From positions 11,783 to 75,782 of the forward strand of contig JAFSDH010000005.1 in assembly GCA_017436345.1 (NCBI GenBank): a stretch of 64,000 nt of DNA, read 5' to 3'. Below are positions 61,091-64,000 of the stretch, piece after piece. This stretch comes from Bacilli bacterium. GTDB lineage: Bacteria > Bacillota_I > Bacilli_A > RF39 > UBA660. Under the pieces are notes generated by a model. It made no database searches. It was not told the origin of the DNA and saw only the letters and a program-made list of their open reading frames with translations. How positions within the stretch are numbered: the first letter of the stretch is position 1; every line of letters starts with the position of its first letter. Both the position numbers and the translations under genes were made by a program.

Positions 61091-62353
61091 TTATCCAACA
61101 ATAATATTTTCTTCTGGATATTTAATATTTTTTTGATCTTCCTTTAACAAAATTGAAAGTAAAGTCAATGTACCTACTCTACCTATAAACATAACAATAC
61201 ATAGTACAATTTTACTTGCAACAGATAAACCACTTGTTATTCCAAGTGATAATCCTACAGTTGCATAAGCACTTATTATTTCAAAAAATATTTCCCTTAT
61301 ACCTAATGTTGGTTCAAAACAACAAATTAAAAACGTTGCCATAAAAATAATTAAAATAGCTGAAAGTAAAACTACTAAACATTTACTTATAGTCGAATTA
61401 GAAATACGTCTCTTAAATATTTCAAAATTTCTTCCCCTACAAATACTATAGATAGCCAAAATTAACACAAAAAAAGTAACAGTTTTTATACCACCACCTG
61501 TTGAATTTGGTGATGCACCTATAAACATTAAAAATATCGATATAATATACCCCGCATTACTAATAGAACTTAAATCCCAATAACAAAACCCTGCAGTTCT
61601 TGTACTAACAGATAAAAATATCGAATCAAATAAGCCTAGCTCTGTTGTTAATAAATAACCAATGGAACCAAATACTAATAATAATGTAGTTGTCAATAAA
61701 ACAATTTTAGTCTGTAGTGATAATGTTTTAAAACCCTTTTCCACTATCTCCGATATAACTAAAAAACCAATACCTCCTAATATTATCAATATCATTGTAA
61801 CTACTTTAGAATAATCATCAAACAATCCATATTTTGAAATAATATCAAAACCAGCATTATTAAATGAAGATATTGAATGAAAAAGAGAAAGAAAAATCGA
61901 TTTAAAAACATTATAATTAAAAATATATCGAATAAATAATAAAATGGCACCAATTAATTCAATTCCTAAAGTTATCTTAAAAACACTGAGAACAAACTTA
62001 ACAATACCTTTTAAAGAATTTAAATTAAAAGAGTTTTTTATTAATATTCTTTGTTTTAATCCAATTTTCTTTCCAAGCTTTATAAATAACAATATAGCAG
62101 CACATATAATACCAAGACCACCTAATTGGATTAACAATGCAATAATTGTTAAACCAAAGAAATTAAATGTATTAGCAAAATCTATAGTATTTAATCCAGT
62201 TACACACAAAGCACTTGTAGCAGTAAAAAAAGAATCAATAAAAGATATACTAGCACCTTCTAAATGGCTTATAGGAAGCCATAATATAAAAGATGAAACT
62301 AATATCACATAAAAAAATAAAATTGTAATAAATTTATATGGTTCATACCTCAT
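61091..62353 (-). CDS. ktrB: Ktr potassium uptake membrane subunit
   Basis: SALCVTGL, FNNAGF, RTAGF and ATVGLS pore loops. Confidence 0.9.
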   Translation of the reverse strand: MRYEPYKFITILFFYVILVSSFILWLPISHLEGASISFIDSFFTATSALCVTGLNTIDFANTFNFFGLTIIALLIQLGGLGIICAAILLFIKLGKKIGLKQRILIKNSFNLNSLKGIVKFVLSVFKITLGIELIGAILLFIRYIFNYNVFKSIFLSLFHSISSFNNAGFDIISKYGLFDDYSKVVTMILIILGGIGFLVISEIVEKGFKTLSLQTKIVLLTTTLLLVFGSIGYLLTTELGLFDSIFLSVSTRTAGFCYWDLSSISNAGYIISIFLMFIGASPNSTGGGIKTVTFFVLILAIYSICRGRNFEIFKRRISNSTISKCLVVLLSAILIIFMATFLICCFEPTLGIREIFFEIISAYATVGLSLGITSGLSVASKIVLCIVMFIGRVGTLTLLSILLKEDQKNIKYPEENIIVG

Positions 62354-62544
62354 ATTATCATTCCTTTAAAAAACATTATAACACGAATAATTAATAAGAC
62401 AATCAATTTAGATAAAAAAACATAATATAACAAATATATTTTTAACAACTTAATAAGGAAATTAAAAATGTTACAATCAGAAACTTTAAGAAAAGAAATA
62501 TCTCATTAATATTAAACAACACCAAAAAACTAAATAAAATAAAA

Positions 62545-62566
62545 AAAGTAGCAACATTGCTACTTT
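62545..62566 (-). terminator. Terminator downstream of the tRNA fragment
   Basis: aaagtagcaa-ca-ttgctacttt hairpin. Confidence 0.7.
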
Positions 62567-62576
62567 AAAATTCAAA

Positions 62577-62620
62577 TGGCAGGGGATGAGAGAATCGAAC
62601 TCCCAACTAAAGTTTTGGAG
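62577..62620 (-). mobile_element. tRNA-Trp(CCA) 3' half, att site of an integrated element extending rightwards
   Basis: CTCCAAAACTTTAGTTGGGAGTTCGATTCTCTCATCCCCTGCCA. There is no matching 5' acceptor strand, D-arm or anticodon 5' strand upstream. Confidence 0.8.
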
Positions 62621-62852
62621 TTTTACTCAAACCTAGCCCAATCCACTTGCTACCTATCATTTTTATTTCTTAGTTACCAATGTTTAAATTTGGAACTCTA
62701 TAAATCACAACTTCATTATATAAAAGACTTATTTTTTTATCAATGATAAATAATTAATTTTTTTAATTAGAGTACGAAAATTAAAAAATCGCGGGCTTCG
62801 CCCAAACGAGGAACAGAAAATATTTTTTCTATTGTTATTTTTAATAAATCGT

Positions 62853-62909
62853 AATTAAAATCAAAACAAAAAGAATCGCAAAGGGGTGTGGGGAAAGCGA
62901 TTCTTTTAT
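62853..62909. repeat. Palindromic direct repeat, copy 1
   Basis: aattaaaatcaaaacaaaaagaatcgcaaa-N11-aaagcgattcttttat. Confidence 0.85.
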
Positions 62910-62959
62910 GATATAATTAGCACAAATACACAACTAATTAATAATACGAGGAAAAATAT

Positions 62960-63847
62960 ATGAAAAATACTGCAACAAAAATCAAAAACAAAAATATGTT
63001 AAATCAGTTAATAAATGATATTAAAAATAAAAAACAAATTTGTGAAAAATTCACTTTCGAATCATATAATTATAAAAATATTTTATTAAAAGAATTAAAA
63101 ATTGATGTAAAAAAATTTAACGAAAAATATTATTATTTTAATATGAGAAAAAATTTACATATTTCTGAAAGCGAAAATAATTATTTTTTAATTAGCACTA
63201 TAGGGATTGTAATGTATAACGAGAAATTCAAAAACAAAACAGAAAAAATTGTATTTGCTTTCGAATCACAAGCACATGTTTTAGAAATAATTTTAGAAAA
63301 AATTAAAACCTTAATTAAAAAAAATGATATATATGATATTGATAGTTATAATTATAATTATTTAATGCAACTCACAACAGGTTTATCTAATAATCTAGTA
63401 CTTTTTTTAGAATTGCTTGCAAAGGCTTATATTACATTAAATAATAAAGAATATCCTAAACGACATGATTTAGTAGAATTATTAAGTATTGTTCAACAAA
63501 CAATGTTTAGCAATAAACAAAATGATACAACGTTTCACGCAATAGTATATAAAAAATTTGAAGAAATAGTAAAAGCAATGAATGCAGAATCAGATGATTT
63601 TATCGAGCCATATATAAAATATAATGAAAGCAGTCAGTTAGGCTATATATTAAAAGACATAAATGAACTGAAAAATTTTATAGAAATAAGTATTGATACA
63701 ATTATGATTTTATTTTATGGGGATGACGACTTGTATTTTAAACAAGGATTATTTCAGAGATTAATGAATCGTGCTAAAACCAATAGCGAAAAAGAAAAAA
63801 TAAGATTTTCATATAAATTTCTGATAGACAGTAATTTTTACACCTAA
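62960..63847 (+). CDS. Hypothetical protein with HEPN-like domain
   Basis: FLELLAKAY...YPKRHDLVELL resembles the HEPN E-x-x-x-K ... HDL pattern. Confidence 0.55.
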   Translation: MKNTATKIKNKNMLNQLINDIKNKKQICEKFTFESYNYKNILLKELKIDVKKFNEKYYYFNMRKNLHISESENNYFLISTIGIVMYNEKFKNKTEKIVFAFESQAHVLEIILEKIKTLIKKNDIYDIDSYNYNYLMQLTTGLSNNLVLFLELLAKAYITLNNKEYPKRHDLVELLSIVQQTMFSNKQNDTTFHAIVYKKFEEIVKAMNAESDDFIEPYIKYNESSQLGYILKDINELKNFIEISIDTIMILFYGDDDLYFKQGLFQRLMNRAKTNSEKEKIRFSYKFLIDSNFYT

Positions 63848-63900
63848 CGTTTAAAAGAAACAAACCAAGAAAATATTTTAAAACGATAATAATAAAATGC

Positions 63901-63956
63901 AATTAAAATCAAAACAAAAAGAATCGCAAATCTATAAGCAAAAGCGATTCTTTTAT
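63901..63956. repeat. Palindromic direct repeat, copy 2
   Basis: aattaaaatcaaaacaaaaagaatcgcaaa-N10-aaagcgattcttttat. Confidence 0.85.
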
Positions 63957-64000
63957 AATTATTAAAAAAAATTTACTTATTTAATTGTTGATACTGTTTT

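Noticed and set aside
10097-62312. Short alternative-frame or antisense ORFs (10097, 22884, 28101, 33233, 33258, 34992, 39410, 49711, 49901, 51346, 55596, 61944)
   Set aside because: They lie within or overlap well-supported genes and have no recognisable motifs, so they are treated as shadow ORFs.
62577-62655. Intact tRNA-Trp
   Set aside because: No 5' acceptor strand, D-arm or anticodon 5' strand can be paired upstream.
1-64000. Mycoplasma-type genetic code
   Set aside because: Long ORFs are intact under code 11, several genes end in TGA and Trp is encoded by TGG.

Overview
AT-rich chromosomal window, translation table 11 (TGA is a stop), with nearly all genes on the minus strand. Gene content suggests an uncultured reduced-genome gut Bacilli lineage such as RF39 (inference). 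Left end (1-11720): accessory DNA inserted into an N-acetylmuramoyl-L-alanine amidase gene, whose 5' end appears twice and is broken at two different Gly-Gly motifs. This region holds a defence cluster (GIY-YIG, EcoRI-family methyltransferase, DUF262-HNH, PHP protein), TnpV, and a membrane-XRE / secreted protein / ABC exporter module with three 17-bp palindromes. Middle: mostly housekeeping and surface genes, including upp-uraA with a pyrL-like leader, SAM-I riboswitch-metK, a CobW GTPase, clostripain, a MoxR-vWA operon and a SipW/TasA-like fibre operon. 54-59 kb: a run of unusual nucleotide-processing genes, namely an ART-like protein, a sirtuin, a phage-type family B polymerase with Gly at the steric gate fused to a HAD phosphatase, and two P-loop kinases. 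Right end: ktrBA, then a tRNA-Trp 3' fragment (att site) and a HEPN-like gene bracketed by palindromic direct repeats. All family assignments are by eye, without database searches.
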